Source: a bacterium | GTDB lineage: Bacteria; UBA8248 | DNA length: 64,000 bases | Direction of reading: 5' to 3' | NCBI GenBank assembly: GCA_963692865.2 | Contig: OY843592.1 | Location: 3,744,001-3,808,000 of the forward strand | In this document: piece after piece, positions 1 through 10,273 of the stretch | Layout: each line of letters starts with the position of its first letter | Position numbering within the stretch: the stretch's first letter is position 1 | Notes under the pieces: generated by a model | What the model saw: the letters and a program-made list of their open reading frames with translations, nothing else | The model's database searches: none | What the model was told of the DNA's origin: nothing | Made by a program: the position numbers and the translations under genes

Positions 1-263
1 GGCGCCAGGGCGCGGGTCCGAAGCGGCCCGTCGGGAAGCGGCTCACGCCCGGAGGAGGCGGAGAACCAGCCTCGCGCGGCCATCAGGGCGGCCAAAATCG
101 CCAGCAGGGAGAGGGCGAGCGAGGGAAAGGCGCCGGGCGGGAACGGAATGGTGCGCTCTCCCATCTTTCGGAGCAGCACCTGGCTGGGTATCAGCGCCAG
201 TCCGGTCAGGCTGATGGCGAGAACGGCAAGCCCGACCCAGGTTTCCCAGTGGAACCGCTTCAT
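1..263 (-). CDS. TctB-like small membrane subunit of a tripartite tricarboxylate transporter (N-terminal part; runs off the window edge)
   Basis: Not in the ORF track. Manual translation from ATG at 263 gives MKRFHWETWVGLAVLAISLTGLALIPSQV...PFPPGAFPSLALSLLAILAALMAARGW, with a GGAGGG RBS upstream. Two TM helices and a P-x-x-FP motif are typical of TctB. Confidence 0.55.
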   Translation of the reverse strand, partial: MKRFHWETWVGLAVLAISLTGLALIPSQVLLRKMGERTIPFPPGAFPSLALSLLAILAALMAARGWFSASSGREPLPDGPLRTRALA

Positions 264-524
264 GGTGCTTGCCCTCCAGCGGGGCGCTCACGACCACGAG
301 GCCCGCTCCCGGAGCAAAGCGATGCGGCTATCGACCCAACGCGCTCCCGCGAAAATGCATCCCGGCGAAGGGCCACGCTTGCGTCGACCGCTTTGGGGCC
401 AAGGGAGCCGTTATTTCGATTTTTGCAATGAACGCAGGATACGGGAGCGTATCCTGCCGGTCAAACGGCGTAGTTTCTCGAACTATACCGCGACCGCTTC
501 CTTCTCGGAAAAGTGAAGTGAGAA

Positions 525-1010
525 CTCCTGCTCGCTGCGGTAGGACGCGAACAAGTCGCGCAGTTGCACAGCAACTGAATGAGAAGCCCGCAGTTGCGAA
601 TCAGGTCGTGAGCACATTTTCTGAGATATGCCGACTCGCCGATGGCAAAGGGATGGTTCTCGTGGGAATAAAGCCGTGCTGCGCGTTCGACTGCGGTCAA
701 GGTTCTAGTCTCTCTACCGCGCCTTCTCCAAGCCCCCTAGGTCATCCCTAAAAATAAATCGGGGACAAACCTGCAAATGTTCGCTGACGCCTAGAATGCC
801 GTCCACTCGAACGCAAGTCTTGAAGATAAGCGCCGACCTGCGGCATTGATATGACTCGCGCGCTCTGGTGCCCAAGGTGAGTTTCTCTATGATCGGTAAA
901 CTCCTGGGTCACGCCCGGATCGAGATAATAGCGTACTACGCGTATTTAGTGCAGGAATCGGTTAGGGGGTAGCTGAGCAGGTCGCCAATTCAGTTAAGAA
1001 TACCATTAGC
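525..1010 (+). pseudogene. Decayed tyrosine recombinase/integrase remnant, homologous to the integrase at 62854-64000
   Basis: Fragments LLLAAVGREQVAQLH / QQLNEKPAVANQVVSTFSEICRLADGKGMVLVGIKPC / P*VIPKNKSGTNLQMFADA*NAVHSNASLEDKR / DLRH*YDSRALVPKVSFSMIGKLLGHARIEIIAYYAYL / VAEQVANSV align colinearly with the intact copy (...LHQSLCETPVVANMVV...NPC...PWVIPGRKPG...HDLRHSYASRALALGEGLPVIAKLLGHAHVQTTARYAHL...AAERVAGSI). It contains stops, frameshifts and an internal deletion. Confidence 0.85.
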
Positions 1011-1049
1011 GTAACAGGAAGACCGGCTGACTACCGCCTTACCGGTGAG

Positions 1050-4000
1050 TCAATTCAATGACCTGCGTCTCAAGGCAAATTTAGCGTTAGCAATGATGGG
1101 CTGAATATTATTTTTTGAATCTATGTTGTGGCTGGACAAAATACCGAGGTGGTGCCGTTTCCCAAACTGGATGACAATGGTTGCAGCAAGCTCCAGCGCC
1201 TTAATGTCTCTTTGGTGGCTTAACCAAGTCTCCAAGACATTCATCATGTGGTCAGCAGTTCTTGCGGTCTTAAGAAATCTTTCGGCCCAATTACGAGCCC
1301 ATAACCCGTGCGCTTGGCCTATTTTGTTGTCTAACTCTGCCATTGCCCGGTTGTCATCTAGATACATATTATAATTGGTTGATTTTACCCGAGTGTCGAG
1401 GTGCTGTCGGCGTAATTCCAACCAGCCATGAGTGTTGCACGTTTCCCAGAGTCGCAAGATTTCATGCTCTCCAAGATAATCGAAATACGGCAATAGAACC
1501 TGAACCTGCTCAATTCGTGTAATTCCCTGTCGGCCTTTTGTCCAGAGCCCAAATTTTATCGCGAGGTGTTGAAACATGGATTTTGGATCGGGGCAGTTAT
1601 TGATCGTTTCCCCGACGAGATCCGAAAGGCGAGGGTTTGCTGTGTATAGAGCCGCCTGCACGAAATAGCGCGAAAAGCGTAAACTTTCCCAGTGCTTAAT
1701 CAGCAACTGTGTCGATTTCCCTGTGGGAAGTTCCATCAATCGCTCAGCTAATATCCAGTCGATATCCGAAGTGTTATCGCAATCCCAACTACGTTTCACC
1801 GTCTCACCTCGTCGATTCAAAGCCTTGTCGAGGCAATCCGTTAAATCATCTGACCAGATGTAACGCCCGGCTTGCCACCAATAAGGGCCAGCGTCCTGTT
1901 GCAGTTTTTCAACTAGTCCAGGGATGGCCTCAATGTCTTCTCGGCGCAGCCTTTGAAACAACGCTTTATCTGAGAGTTCGTCATCAGCGCAGACGGCTCG
2001 AAGAGCTAGAATGTCTCCTTCCGCTGTTGTAGAGCACCAAACCTGGAAGGCTCGCGACCTTAAATGCTTGCCATGATATTTTTCTGACCAAATCTGATGA
2101 AGTCGGTTACGTGATGCTTTTGACATCGCACGCCCTGTTTTTTCTTGCCGTAGCTCCCATTCATCTTCTGCCGTTATCCCGAATATTGAAATATTGCCCG
2201 TTTGTTCTAGTCGTTTGTCGGTTTCAGCTTGTTCCCGCACTACGAACTCTACCGCATCAGGATGGTCGACGCCGCTCAACATATAAGTAATTGGCCATCG
2301 CAACTCCGGCGAAATTGCCCGCTCGATAAAATACCGGATGGCGCTTTCAGGGAGTTTGTCCCGAAATGCCCAACGAATGTTATAAGCAGCTAGGCTATCT
2401 CGGGGTGAACTTGAATGTTCTTTTTCTGGTTGATCCGACAGCATCGCCCAACTATCGCAAACGGGAGCTAGGAGATCCGCAACTGAATCACCACAGCATT
2501 GAGCACTGGCCCACAAGTAATCCGCAAGCCTTTCAATCCGACTCCCATCGCTCAACCACGCCGTCATGATTGCATCCGCAAGCTTCGGGTTTCCGAGATG
2601 GCCAGCCAATCTCAGTGCACCGGATCTGCTACCGTGTGCCAGTTGGTCTTTGTGCAAAAATTTTTCCAGCGCGCGCATAAGACTTCTGGGAAATCGTTGT
2701 TGTACATGTTCGATTAACTCCAAATGTCCGATGACCGTTATGCCCGGTTCATTAAGGTGACACAGTTTGATGCCCGCCACGAAATCGCCGTTCCGAAATC
2801 TGGCACGTAATCCCCACCAATTATCTTTATCGTGGCGATAACTTTGAACAAGCGAAGTGATATATGATGCATCGATTTCAGAGAGGACCCGGAGCGTATT
2901 CCATCGTAAATCGTGGTTTTGAGCGCCATGGGTAGAGTCTCTATCCAGCCAAGCTTCGGCGGCCTTGAGAATGGCTTGATGCAGATGATTTGTGGGTTCT
3001 CCAAAGATTCGCATTGCGTAGAAAAGCGCAAGGGGATTGGCTTCCTTGACCTTTTCAACCGTTCCCACTGGAATATCTTCACGAGCCAACGCTGCTCCGA
3101 TGATTTCTGCGAAATAAGGTTCCTCAAGCATTTTGTCCGGCATGGCATTGCGGCGTAAGAGATCCGCGGCAGCATCGACATGAAGCCAATCGAGAACGCG
3201 ATCATGACGAAATTCTATTTGCTCGTTTGACGTGGAGCCGACAATGCGAACGACTTCGCCAAACTGAATAATATGGCGGAGCATTTTCGTGGTATCGGGA
3301 GTGTTTTTGAACCAAGAGGTGACGTCAGTCATGACAGGTTCAAGACAACGTCGCTCAAGCATCTCCGTGGCGAAATATCTTAACGTCTCTTGATATTCTC
3401 TTGCTGTAAACTCACTGCGACTTCCAGAAAGTCGTTCAAGACTGCCTCCGATAAATTTACGAATAACGTGTTCGGGAGCTGGTGCTACTCCGGGACCCTG
3501 CAGGCTTATAAGAAGGGGGTCGTGGCCTAGGGCTGACGCCACCGTTTCCGCTTCGAGCTTTGTTACTGGAGTGTCCGCTAACTCGCAACGCCGCTGTACG
3601 GCGGCGAGCCCTTCTTCTGTGGTGAAGGAAGAGACCGTAAGCACTAACTCGCCAATCTTCTTGCGGGCTTCATGAGCAAGCGATGTGAGCATCTTGGGCC
3701 ATACAGGACAAAGAATCTGCCAACTCCCGAGATGATTGTGACCTATCTGCCTGGAGCGCCACTGCATTAGCCTTTCGATGAGTATGGTAGGTTGTCCTGA
3801 TTTCTTGATATCTTCTACTACCATTAACAATGGCATACGCTCCGACGACATGGCGCAAGCTTCCCTTCCCGTACCAGAAGCAAGCCATGGATGTAGTTGT
3901 CTTAGTGTGTCTTCGATAGCCTGCTCAAGTGAGGAAGTTGTTGCGATTACTTCATGTGGAACGATTAATCCAAATCCTCCTGCCTCAATATGTGCATTCA

Positions 4001-4742
4001 GGCGCTTATGGCATGCAACGCTCTTACCGAAACCCGACTCGCCGGTGATAAAAACCAGATCGCGACCGGCTGTGTTTTCCAATGCTTGGTCTAGCTGGCG
4101 GTCGATCCACAACTCGCTACTGTCGAATAATCTGCTGTTTTGAAGACTACGTTGCGATAAATCACGCAACAACTCTTCTGACAGACGCTCCTGATCTATT
4201 CCAAAATATTTGTTACGAATCCACTGTCCCGTTGCATCGTAGTCGAGAAAATGCGCTATCGCCGACCTTGACCAGATAACGACATCAAGGCCAACGGCAT
4301 TACCGGCAGCAGTGACTTCACTCATTAGTGACGCCGACGGTTCTTTGTTTGTCGTCAGGATAAGTGTCGCCCGCAGGTCAGGTATACGCTGCCGATGTTC
4401 CGCGAACAGTTCAGCAGTCTTTACCAGATCTCCGGGTGGACTGGTCGTCTTTCGCTGTTGCTCCGGTTTGCTTTTTGATGGGTCATGGAGCCATTTTGAT
4501 TTTAGTTTCTCGCTACTACTGATGGTATGTTGTACCGTAATCATGTGCGGTGGGTCTGCGCCGGGCACAAAGCCGAGCCCATCGACTGGACCAGGAATTG
4601 TCTTCCCCTGCAGGTTCACTCCAAGATGAGTGAGCAGACGATATCGCTGATCCGCCTCGCGTAATACGGCCGTCGCAAGATCCTCAAACAGGCCTTCATC
4701 TGTGATCTCAGATAACCTTCGCTGTGTCTCTCTATTCGACAT
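1050..4742 (-). CDS. Putative antiviral STAND (Avs-like) protein: N-terminal Mrr/PD-(D/E)xK-like domain, P-loop NTPase and long helical (HEAT-like) C-terminus, 1230 aa
   Basis: N-terminal FEDLATAVL...GPVDG...VQHT, Walker A ITGESGFGKS, Walker B LLMVVED, and GHDPLL (GxP-like). Visibly AT-richer than the flanks. Confidence 0.7.
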   Translation of the reverse strand: MSNRETQRRLSEITDEGLFEDLATAVLREADQRYRLLTHLGVNLQGKTIPGPVDGLGFVPGADPPHMITVQHTISSSEKLKSKWLHDPSKSKPEQQRKTTSPPGDLVKTAELFAEHRQRIPDLRATLILTTNKEPSASLMSEVTAAGNAVGLDVVIWSRSAIAHFLDYDATGQWIRNKYFGIDQERLSEELLRDLSQRSLQNSRLFDSSELWIDRQLDQALENTAGRDLVFITGESGFGKSVACHKRLNAHIEAGGFGLIVPHEVIATTSSLEQAIEDTLRQLHPWLASGTGREACAMSSERMPLLMVVEDIKKSGQPTILIERLMQWRSRQIGHNHLGSWQILCPVWPKMLTSLAHEARKKIGELVLTVSSFTTEEGLAAVQRRCELADTPVTKLEAETVASALGHDPLLISLQGPGVAPAPEHVIRKFIGGSLERLSGSRSEFTAREYQETLRYFATEMLERRCLEPVMTDVTSWFKNTPDTTKMLRHIIQFGEVVRIVGSTSNEQIEFRHDRVLDWLHVDAAADLLRRNAMPDKMLEEPYFAEIIGAALAREDIPVGTVEKVKEANPLALFYAMRIFGEPTNHLHQAILKAAEAWLDRDSTHGAQNHDLRWNTLRVLSEIDASYITSLVQSYRHDKDNWWGLRARFRNGDFVAGIKLCHLNEPGITVIGHLELIEHVQQRFPRSLMRALEKFLHKDQLAHGSRSGALRLAGHLGNPKLADAIMTAWLSDGSRIERLADYLWASAQCCGDSVADLLAPVCDSWAMLSDQPEKEHSSSPRDSLAAYNIRWAFRDKLPESAIRYFIERAISPELRWPITYMLSGVDHPDAVEFVVREQAETDKRLEQTGNISIFGITAEDEWELRQEKTGRAMSKASRNRLHQIWSEKYHGKHLRSRAFQVWCSTTAEGDILALRAVCADDELSDKALFQRLRREDIEAIPGLVEKLQQDAGPYWWQAGRYIWSDDLTDCLDKALNRRGETVKRSWDCDNTSDIDWILAERLMELPTGKSTQLLIKHWESLRFSRYFVQAALYTANPRLSDLVGETINNCPDPKSMFQHLAIKFGLWTKGRQGITRIEQVQVLLPYFDYLGEHEILRLWETCNTHGWLELRRQHLDTRVKSTNYNMYLDDNRAMAELDNKIGQAHGLWARNWAERFLKTARTADHMMNVLETWLSHQRDIKALELAATIVIQFGKRHHLGILSSHNIDSKNNIQPIIANAKFALRRRSLN

Positions 4743-5259
4743 GGGCTAGTACTTGGATATGGAATATAGAGGAATCGTTCCCTGCAAATCGAAACCCTGT
4801 CACCCAGGGAATCCCAAAGATGCTACCGGTATCCGGCACTTTTCGACAGCAGCATTTTTTTCCAAGTTGTGAAATCTCCTTCGTAATAATAGCTTGGAAA
4901 GAACCCATCAAGCCATGGATAATCAGAAACGACTCTTGTCTCACTTCGTCAGCTATGACACGTAATTAGTGTCGGTGTCTAGGTTGAATTGTATATCCTT
5001 AAAATTGGAATCGTATTAAGCTTGTCTTACATTCGACCGAGGATTCCGAGAACAGGACACATTCCTTCGAACATTGCTGTCCCTTAGAGGATCGTAAAGC
5101 TAGAAGTTCTCCGCGACCGCTACTCCACCGGGTAAGGGAAAAATCTACCAAACGCTTAACCTATGCTCTTTCGCCTCGGTTGTCATCAAAAACCCCCTTG
5201 TGTAGGGTTTATTTATAGCAATTTTCAAATCTCTGAAATCCTGCGCAGGGGGGGACGCC

Positions 5260-6648
5260 ATGGCCACAAAGACCAGGGTGGATGTCCTGATTGAGAACGG
5301 AACCGTCGTCACCGTGGACCCGGAGCGGAGGGTCATCCGGCGCGGCGCGGTCGCCATCACGAGGAACCGCATCAAGGACGTCGGGAAGGCATCGGCGCTC
5401 AAGAAAAAATACGAGGCCAGACGCACCTACGACGCCGCCATGAAGCTCGTCACCCCAGGTCTCATCAACGCGCACATCCACTTCTATCACCACATGCACC
5501 GGGGGCTCTCGCCCGAGACCCTGGCGGGGATGCAATGGTCCGACTTCGTCCACCGCAAGGTCGCCACCATCGTGAACGCCGAGGACGAGATATGGGGCGG
5601 CCTCGGCATTCTGGTCGAAACCTTGAAGACGGGCGTGACGACCTTCCTCGAGGCGGGTTCCTACAACCCCGGCCCCGTCATCGAAGGCGTCTCGCGAATC
5701 GGGATGCGCGGCCTCATGGGCCGAAGGTCGTTCGACATGGTGAGCCAGGGCCACGAGATGCTGGTCGAGAGCACCCGGAAGTGCCTGAACGAGAACGAGA
5801 AGTTCATGAAGGACTACCGGGGCGGGGTGGGGCTGGTGAAGCCCTGCGTCGTCGTGGTCGGGATGGGGCGCTGCTCGGACCGGCTCTACGTCAAGTCCAA
5901 GGAGATGGCGGACAACTACAGGACCATCCTCCACATGCACCAGGCCAACATGATCGAGAACGTCCAGGAGAGCCTGAGCCTGAACGGCGCCCGCCCCATC
6001 GAGCATCTCTACGACATCGGCGTCCTCGGGAAGAACGTGGCCCTCACACACATGATCCACGTGAGCGCAAAGGAGATCGGGCTTCTCGCCGAGACGCGGA
6101 CGAACGTCCTGCACTGTCCGAGCACCGCCATGAAGATCAGCTACGGCCTCGCCGCCTTCGGGAAATTCCCGGAGATGATGGAGGCGGGCGTCAACGTCGC
6201 CATCGGCACCGACGCGTCCGACTGCTCGAACTTCAACGACATGGTGCGCCTCATCTACCTGGCGGCGGCGACGCCCAAGGACTACCGCTACGACCCGGCC
6301 GCCGGCAGCGCAGAGAAGGCCATCGAGATGGCGACCATCAACGCCGCCAGGGCGTTGAACATGGAACAAGAGATCGGCTCCATCGAACCGGGGAAGAAGG
6401 CCGACATCGCCATCTTCGACATGAATCGGCCGGACTGGGTCCCCCTCTACAACGAGATACAGAATTTCGTCTATTCGGCCCAGGGGAACAGCTGCGAGAG
6501 CGTCATGGTCGACGGGAAGTTCCTGATGGAGAACCGCGAGGTCAAATCGGTGGACGAGGCGGAGATCGTGGAGCGGATCGGGCGCCTGGCGAAAGGAGTC
6601 CTGAAGCGGAGCAAGGTGCCGCTCTACAGCCCGTGGAAATTCGTCTAG
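5260..6648 (+). CDS. Amidohydrolase family protein (MTA/SAH deaminase / Atz-Trz subgroup)
   Basis: PGLINAHIH metal motif, HCP, GTD and GSIEPGKKADI motifs. Confidence 0.85.
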   Translation: MATKTRVDVLIENGTVVTVDPERRVIRRGAVAITRNRIKDVGKASALKKKYEARRTYDAAMKLVTPGLINAHIHFYHHMHRGLSPETLAGMQWSDFVHRKVATIVNAEDEIWGGLGILVETLKTGVTTFLEAGSYNPGPVIEGVSRIGMRGLMGRRSFDMVSQGHEMLVESTRKCLNENEKFMKDYRGGVGLVKPCVVVVGMGRCSDRLYVKSKEMADNYRTILHMHQANMIENVQESLSLNGARPIEHLYDIGVLGKNVALTHMIHVSAKEIGLLAETRTNVLHCPSTAMKISYGLAAFGKFPEMMEAGVNVAIGTDASDCSNFNDMVRLIYLAAATPKDYRYDPAAGSAEKAIEMATINAARALNMEQEIGSIEPGKKADIAIFDMNRPDWVPLYNEIQNFVYSAQGNSCESVMVDGKFLMENREVKSVDEAEIVERIGRLAKGVLKRSKVPLYSPWKFV

Positions 6649-6686
6649 GCGGGCGGAGCGCTTTCCCGGACGAGGAGGAGCCCCTC

Positions 6687-7820
6687 ATGACGCGCATCGC
6701 CACCACGCACGTCGGTTCGCTTCCCAGAAGCAGGCGGACGCTCGATTTTCTCTTCGCCCGCGACCGGGGCGAGGCCTGCGACCCGGACGAGTTCGCCGCC
6801 TGCATGGCGGAGGAATGCGCGGAGACGGTCCGCCGGCAGGTCGACGCCGGGGTCGACATCGTCTCCGACGGCGAGACGTCCAAGATTTCCTACACCACCT
6901 ACGTCAAGAACCGCTACACGGGCTTCTCGGGCAACAGCGAACGCGCCGTGCCGGGGGACCTCAAGCTCTTCCCGCGCTATCTCGAACGCCTCGCGCGCGA
7001 AGGCGGCACGCCGAAACTCGTCCGTCCGCAATGCACCGGGCCGGTGGAGCCCAAGGACGACGCGGAGCTTAAGGCCGACATCGAAAATTTCCAGAACGCG
7101 ATGGCGGCGCACGGCGCCGAGCGCGGATTCCTGAACGCGGCGTCGCCCGGCGTCGTCGCGCTGTTCATGCCGAACGCCTACTACCCCTCGCGCGACGCCT
7201 ACCTGGAAGCCCTCGCCGACGCGATGAAGCCCGAATACGACGCGATCTTAGCGGCCGGCTTCGACCTGCAGCTCGACTGCCCGGACCTGGGTCTCGCGCG
7301 CCACGTGCTGTACGAGGACCGCTCCGACGCAGAGTTCGGCGATATCGCGGCGGCCAACGTGGAAGTGCTGAACCACGCCCTGCGCGACGCCGACCCGGCG
7401 CGGGTGCGCGTCCACATCTGCTGGGGAAACTACGAGGGGCCGCACGTGTGCGACGTTGCGCTGGACCACGTGTTCTCCGCGCTCATGTCCGCCCGCGCCC
7501 GCTGCGTGCTGTTCGAGAACGCGAACCCGAGGCATGAGCACGAATGGACCGTATTCCGCGACCGCCGGGACGAGATTCCGGAAGACATGATCCTCGCGCC
7601 CGGCGTCATCGACACGACGAGCAACTTCGTGGAGCATCCCGAACTCGTCGCGCAGCGGATCTTGCGCTTCGTGGAGCTCGTGGGTCCCGAGCGGGTGGTC
7701 GCCGGAACCGACTGCGGGTTCGGGACGTTCGCCGGCTTCGGTTCGGTCGACCCCGACATCGTCTACGTCAAGCTGGCGGCCCTGGCCGAGGGCGCCGCCA
7801 TCGCGTCCGGGAGAATCTAA
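6687..7820 (+). CDS. Cobalamin-independent methionine synthase II family (MetE C-terminal-like) protein
   Basis: TTHVGSLPR, SDGE, Zn ligands HICWGN and DCGF. ATG at 6687 follows a GAGGAGGAG RBS (the ORF-track upstream extension is spurious). Confidence 0.88.
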   Translation: MTRIATTHVGSLPRSRRTLDFLFARDRGEACDPDEFAACMAEECAETVRRQVDAGVDIVSDGETSKISYTTYVKNRYTGFSGNSERAVPGDLKLFPRYLERLAREGGTPKLVRPQCTGPVEPKDDAELKADIENFQNAMAAHGAERGFLNAASPGVVALFMPNAYYPSRDAYLEALADAMKPEYDAILAAGFDLQLDCPDLGLARHVLYEDRSDAEFGDIAAANVEVLNHALRDADPARVRVHICWGNYEGPHVCDVALDHVFSALMSARARCVLFENANPRHEHEWTVFRDRRDEIPEDMILAPGVIDTTSNFVEHPELVAQRILRFVELVGPERVVAGTDCGFGTFAGFGSVDPDIVYVKLAALAEGAAIASGRI

Positions 7821-7960
7821 GGCCAACCGGAACTGGCGCGCGAAACCCGGCGCCTCCCCCCTGACCGGCGATAAAGAGGAGTGAAAACAATTGGCTCGAC
7901 GACGGGGCTTGCATGACGATCTGTTTATGGACTATATTTGGTTCGATAAGGAGAGAGTCG

Positions 7961-8236
7961 ATGGGGTTGTCCGGCCGAATCAAGCCAATCAGTTATCTCA
8001 AGGCCCATGCCTCGGAAATCATGCGCACGCTTCGTGACGAACAGGAGCCCCTAATCGTCACCCAGAACGGCGAAGCCAAGGCGGTCGTGCAGGATATCGA
8101 CGCCTACGAGCAGACGCAGGAGACCATGGCGCTGCTCAAGATACTTGCGCTTGGTAATCGCCAGATCGAAGCAGGCCGGGTACGGCCTGCCGCCGATCAC
8201 ATCGCGAGGCTGCGGGAGCGGCGACAAACTCCCTGA
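7961..8236 (+). CDS. Phd/YefM family antitoxin
   Basis: IKPISYLKAHA...PLIVTQNGEAKAVVQD motif, AAGGAG RBS, stop overlaps the toxin start. Confidence 0.9.
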   Translation: MGLSGRIKPISYLKAHASEIMRTLRDEQEPLIVTQNGEAKAVVQDIDAYEQTQETMALLKILALGNRQIEAGRVRPAADHIARLRERRQTP

Positions 8237-8562
8237 TGCCTTTCTCGGTTCAATTGACCGATGACGCGGCGCGCGACCTTGAAGAACTCTACGATTACGT
8301 AGAAAGACACGATGCGCCGGGCAGGGCCGAGAATATTCTGGAGCGGCTCGAAAAGGTATTCGAAAGCCTTTCTGAACATCCCCACCGCGGAAATTACCCG
8401 AACGAATTGTTGGAAATCGGTATTCGAGAATACCGGGAAGTCTTCTTTAAGCCCTACCGCGTCATCTACCAAGTAATGGAAAACGACGTCTATGTGCTCC
8501 TTATCGCCGACGGGCGGCGTGACATGCAGACGTTGCTGCAGCGGCGCTTGCTCCAGACTTGA
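8236..8562 (+). CDS. RelE/ParE family toxin
   Basis: VQLTDDAARDLEELYDY...YREVFFKPYRVIY...DGRRDM. TGATG translational coupling to the antitoxin. Confidence 0.9.
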   Translation: MPFSVQLTDDAARDLEELYDYVERHDAPGRAENILERLEKVFESLSEHPHRGNYPNELLEIGIREYREVFFKPYRVIYQVMENDVYVLLIADGRRDMQTLLQRRLLQT

Positions 8563-8689
8563 ACCCCGGCTTGTGTGCTGTTTTCAAAAAGATTGGAGAG
8601 GAAGACGCAGTAGGTTCTGAACAAATGCGTATTTCCCGGGATCGGCCCCGTTCTCGCCAGATGATGAAAACTCCCCGGGGCGGAGTTTG

Positions 8690-10096
8690 TTACGCCGATT
8701 CCGTCTCCGACCTCACGGACGCCCCGCGCGGGACGAACCGGCCGTAGCCCGGCTCCTGCGCGAGCGCCCCGTCTCTCAGGAGCGGCTTTCCGCGCAGGAG
8801 GCTCAGTTCCAGCCGTCCGTTCAGTTCCCATCCCTCGAAGAGCGAGTAATCGGAATTCGTGTGCTGCCCCGCCGCCGTCACGGTCGAGTTTCCTCCGGGG
8901 TCGATCACGACGAGGTCGGCGTCCGAGCCGACCCCGAGCGCGCCTTTCTGCGGGTAGAGACCCAGCGCGCGCGCCGGGTTCTCGCTCGTGAGCTGCACGA
9001 GGCGCTCCTCCGTAATCCGCCCGCGCGCCACGCCCTCGCTGTAGACGACGGGCAGCAGGGTCTCGATGCCGGGCGCGCCGTAGGGCGCCTCGGTGAAGGG
9101 CGGGTCGTTCTTCTGCGCCTTCGTGTAGGGGGCGTGGTCGCTCCCGATGAGGTTGATCCATCCCTCCCGGATCCCCTCCCAGAGCGCTGCGACGTCCGCC
9201 TCCGTCCGCATCGGAGGCGCCACCTTGGCCGGGGCGCCCATCTCGCGCACGGCGTCCCCGGTGAGGGTCAGGTACTGCGGGCAGGTTTCCACGACCATGT
9301 CCTTGCCGGCCGCCAGCCCGCGCCGCGCCTCTTCGAGCGCGAGCGCCGAGGTGAGATGGACGATGTAGAGCGGGCAGCCCGCCAGATCGGCGAGGTGGAT
9401 GGAGCGCGCGACGTTTTCGGCCTCCAGTTCGGGCGGACGCGTGTATTCGAGGAAATCGGCGCCGTCCAGGCCTTCGCCCAGGGCCTTGTTCTCCAGGTAG
9501 TCGATGACCATGCCGTTTTCCGCGTGCACGAGCACGGTGCCGCCGTGCCGCCCCACGATGTCGAGCGCGGCGTAGAAGTAATCGTCCGGGATGCAGCGGC
9601 CCCAGCCCCGTTTCCGGTAGCCCATCATGACCTTGAAGCTCGTGACGCCGCCCTCGACGGCCTTGGGGATATCGGCGAGGTAGTCGAAGTCCTCGAATAT
9701 CCAGGCGTGCAGCGCGAAGTCGACCACGCTCCTCGCCTCGCCCTCCTCGCGGATGCGCTCAAGCGTGGTGAGCATGGTCTCGTTCTCCTCGCCCGTGGCG
9801 AAGGCGACCATGGTCGTCACGCCCCCGTGCGCGGCGCTGCGCGCAACGTCTTCCAGGGAATCGATGTGGCTCGAATACGCCCGGAAGTGGACGTGGGGGT
9901 CGATGACGCCCGGCAGAACGAGCCTGCCCGAGGCGTCGATCACCTCATCGGCCGCGGGCATGCTCTCGGGCGCGCCCACGCAGGCGACCCTCCCGTCGCG
10001 AACGCCGACGGCGGCCTCCTGCCTGCCGTGGCCGGATACGACCGTGCCGCCCGCAACGATCAGGTCGAGCGGTTTCTCGTGGGTTCTATCCGTCAT
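8690..10096 (-). CDS. Cyclic amidohydrolase (dihydropyrimidinase/allantoinase/dihydroorotase family)
   Basis: PGVIDPHVH, SFKV (carbamylated Lys), VHAEN, IVHLT and GSDHAP motifs. GGGAGG RBS before MTDRT. Confidence 0.88.
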   Translation of the reverse strand: MTDRTHEKPLDLIVAGGTVVSGHGRQEAAVGVRDGRVACVGAPESMPAADEVIDASGRLVLPGVIDPHVHFRAYSSHIDSLEDVARSAAHGGVTTMVAFATGEENETMLTTLERIREEGEARSVVDFALHAWIFEDFDYLADIPKAVEGGVTSFKVMMGYRKRGWGRCIPDDYFYAALDIVGRHGGTVLVHAENGMVIDYLENKALGEGLDGADFLEYTRPPELEAENVARSIHLADLAGCPLYIVHLTSALALEEARRGLAAGKDMVVETCPQYLTLTGDAVREMGAPAKVAPPMRTEADVAALWEGIREGWINLIGSDHAPYTKAQKNDPPFTEAPYGAPGIETLLPVVYSEGVARGRITEERLVQLTSENPARALGLYPQKGALGVGSDADLVVIDPGGNSTVTAAGQHTNSDYSLFEGWELNGRLELSLLRGKPLLRDGALAQEPGYGRFVPRGASVRSETESA

Positions 10097-10273
10097 GAAA
10101 ACCTCCCTTGGGGACAGCCGCCCGAGACGGGGCAAACCGTCGCTTCACGCCGTCTCCTCGTTCGTGAAACGACCCGGCATCGAGGCGGTAATCGAACTTT
10201 GGCGCTTTGGCCGATCAGGGGGGAAGCATACCATAAAACCCGGGCGGGCCGCCCCTTTCAACGCAAGCGCCAC

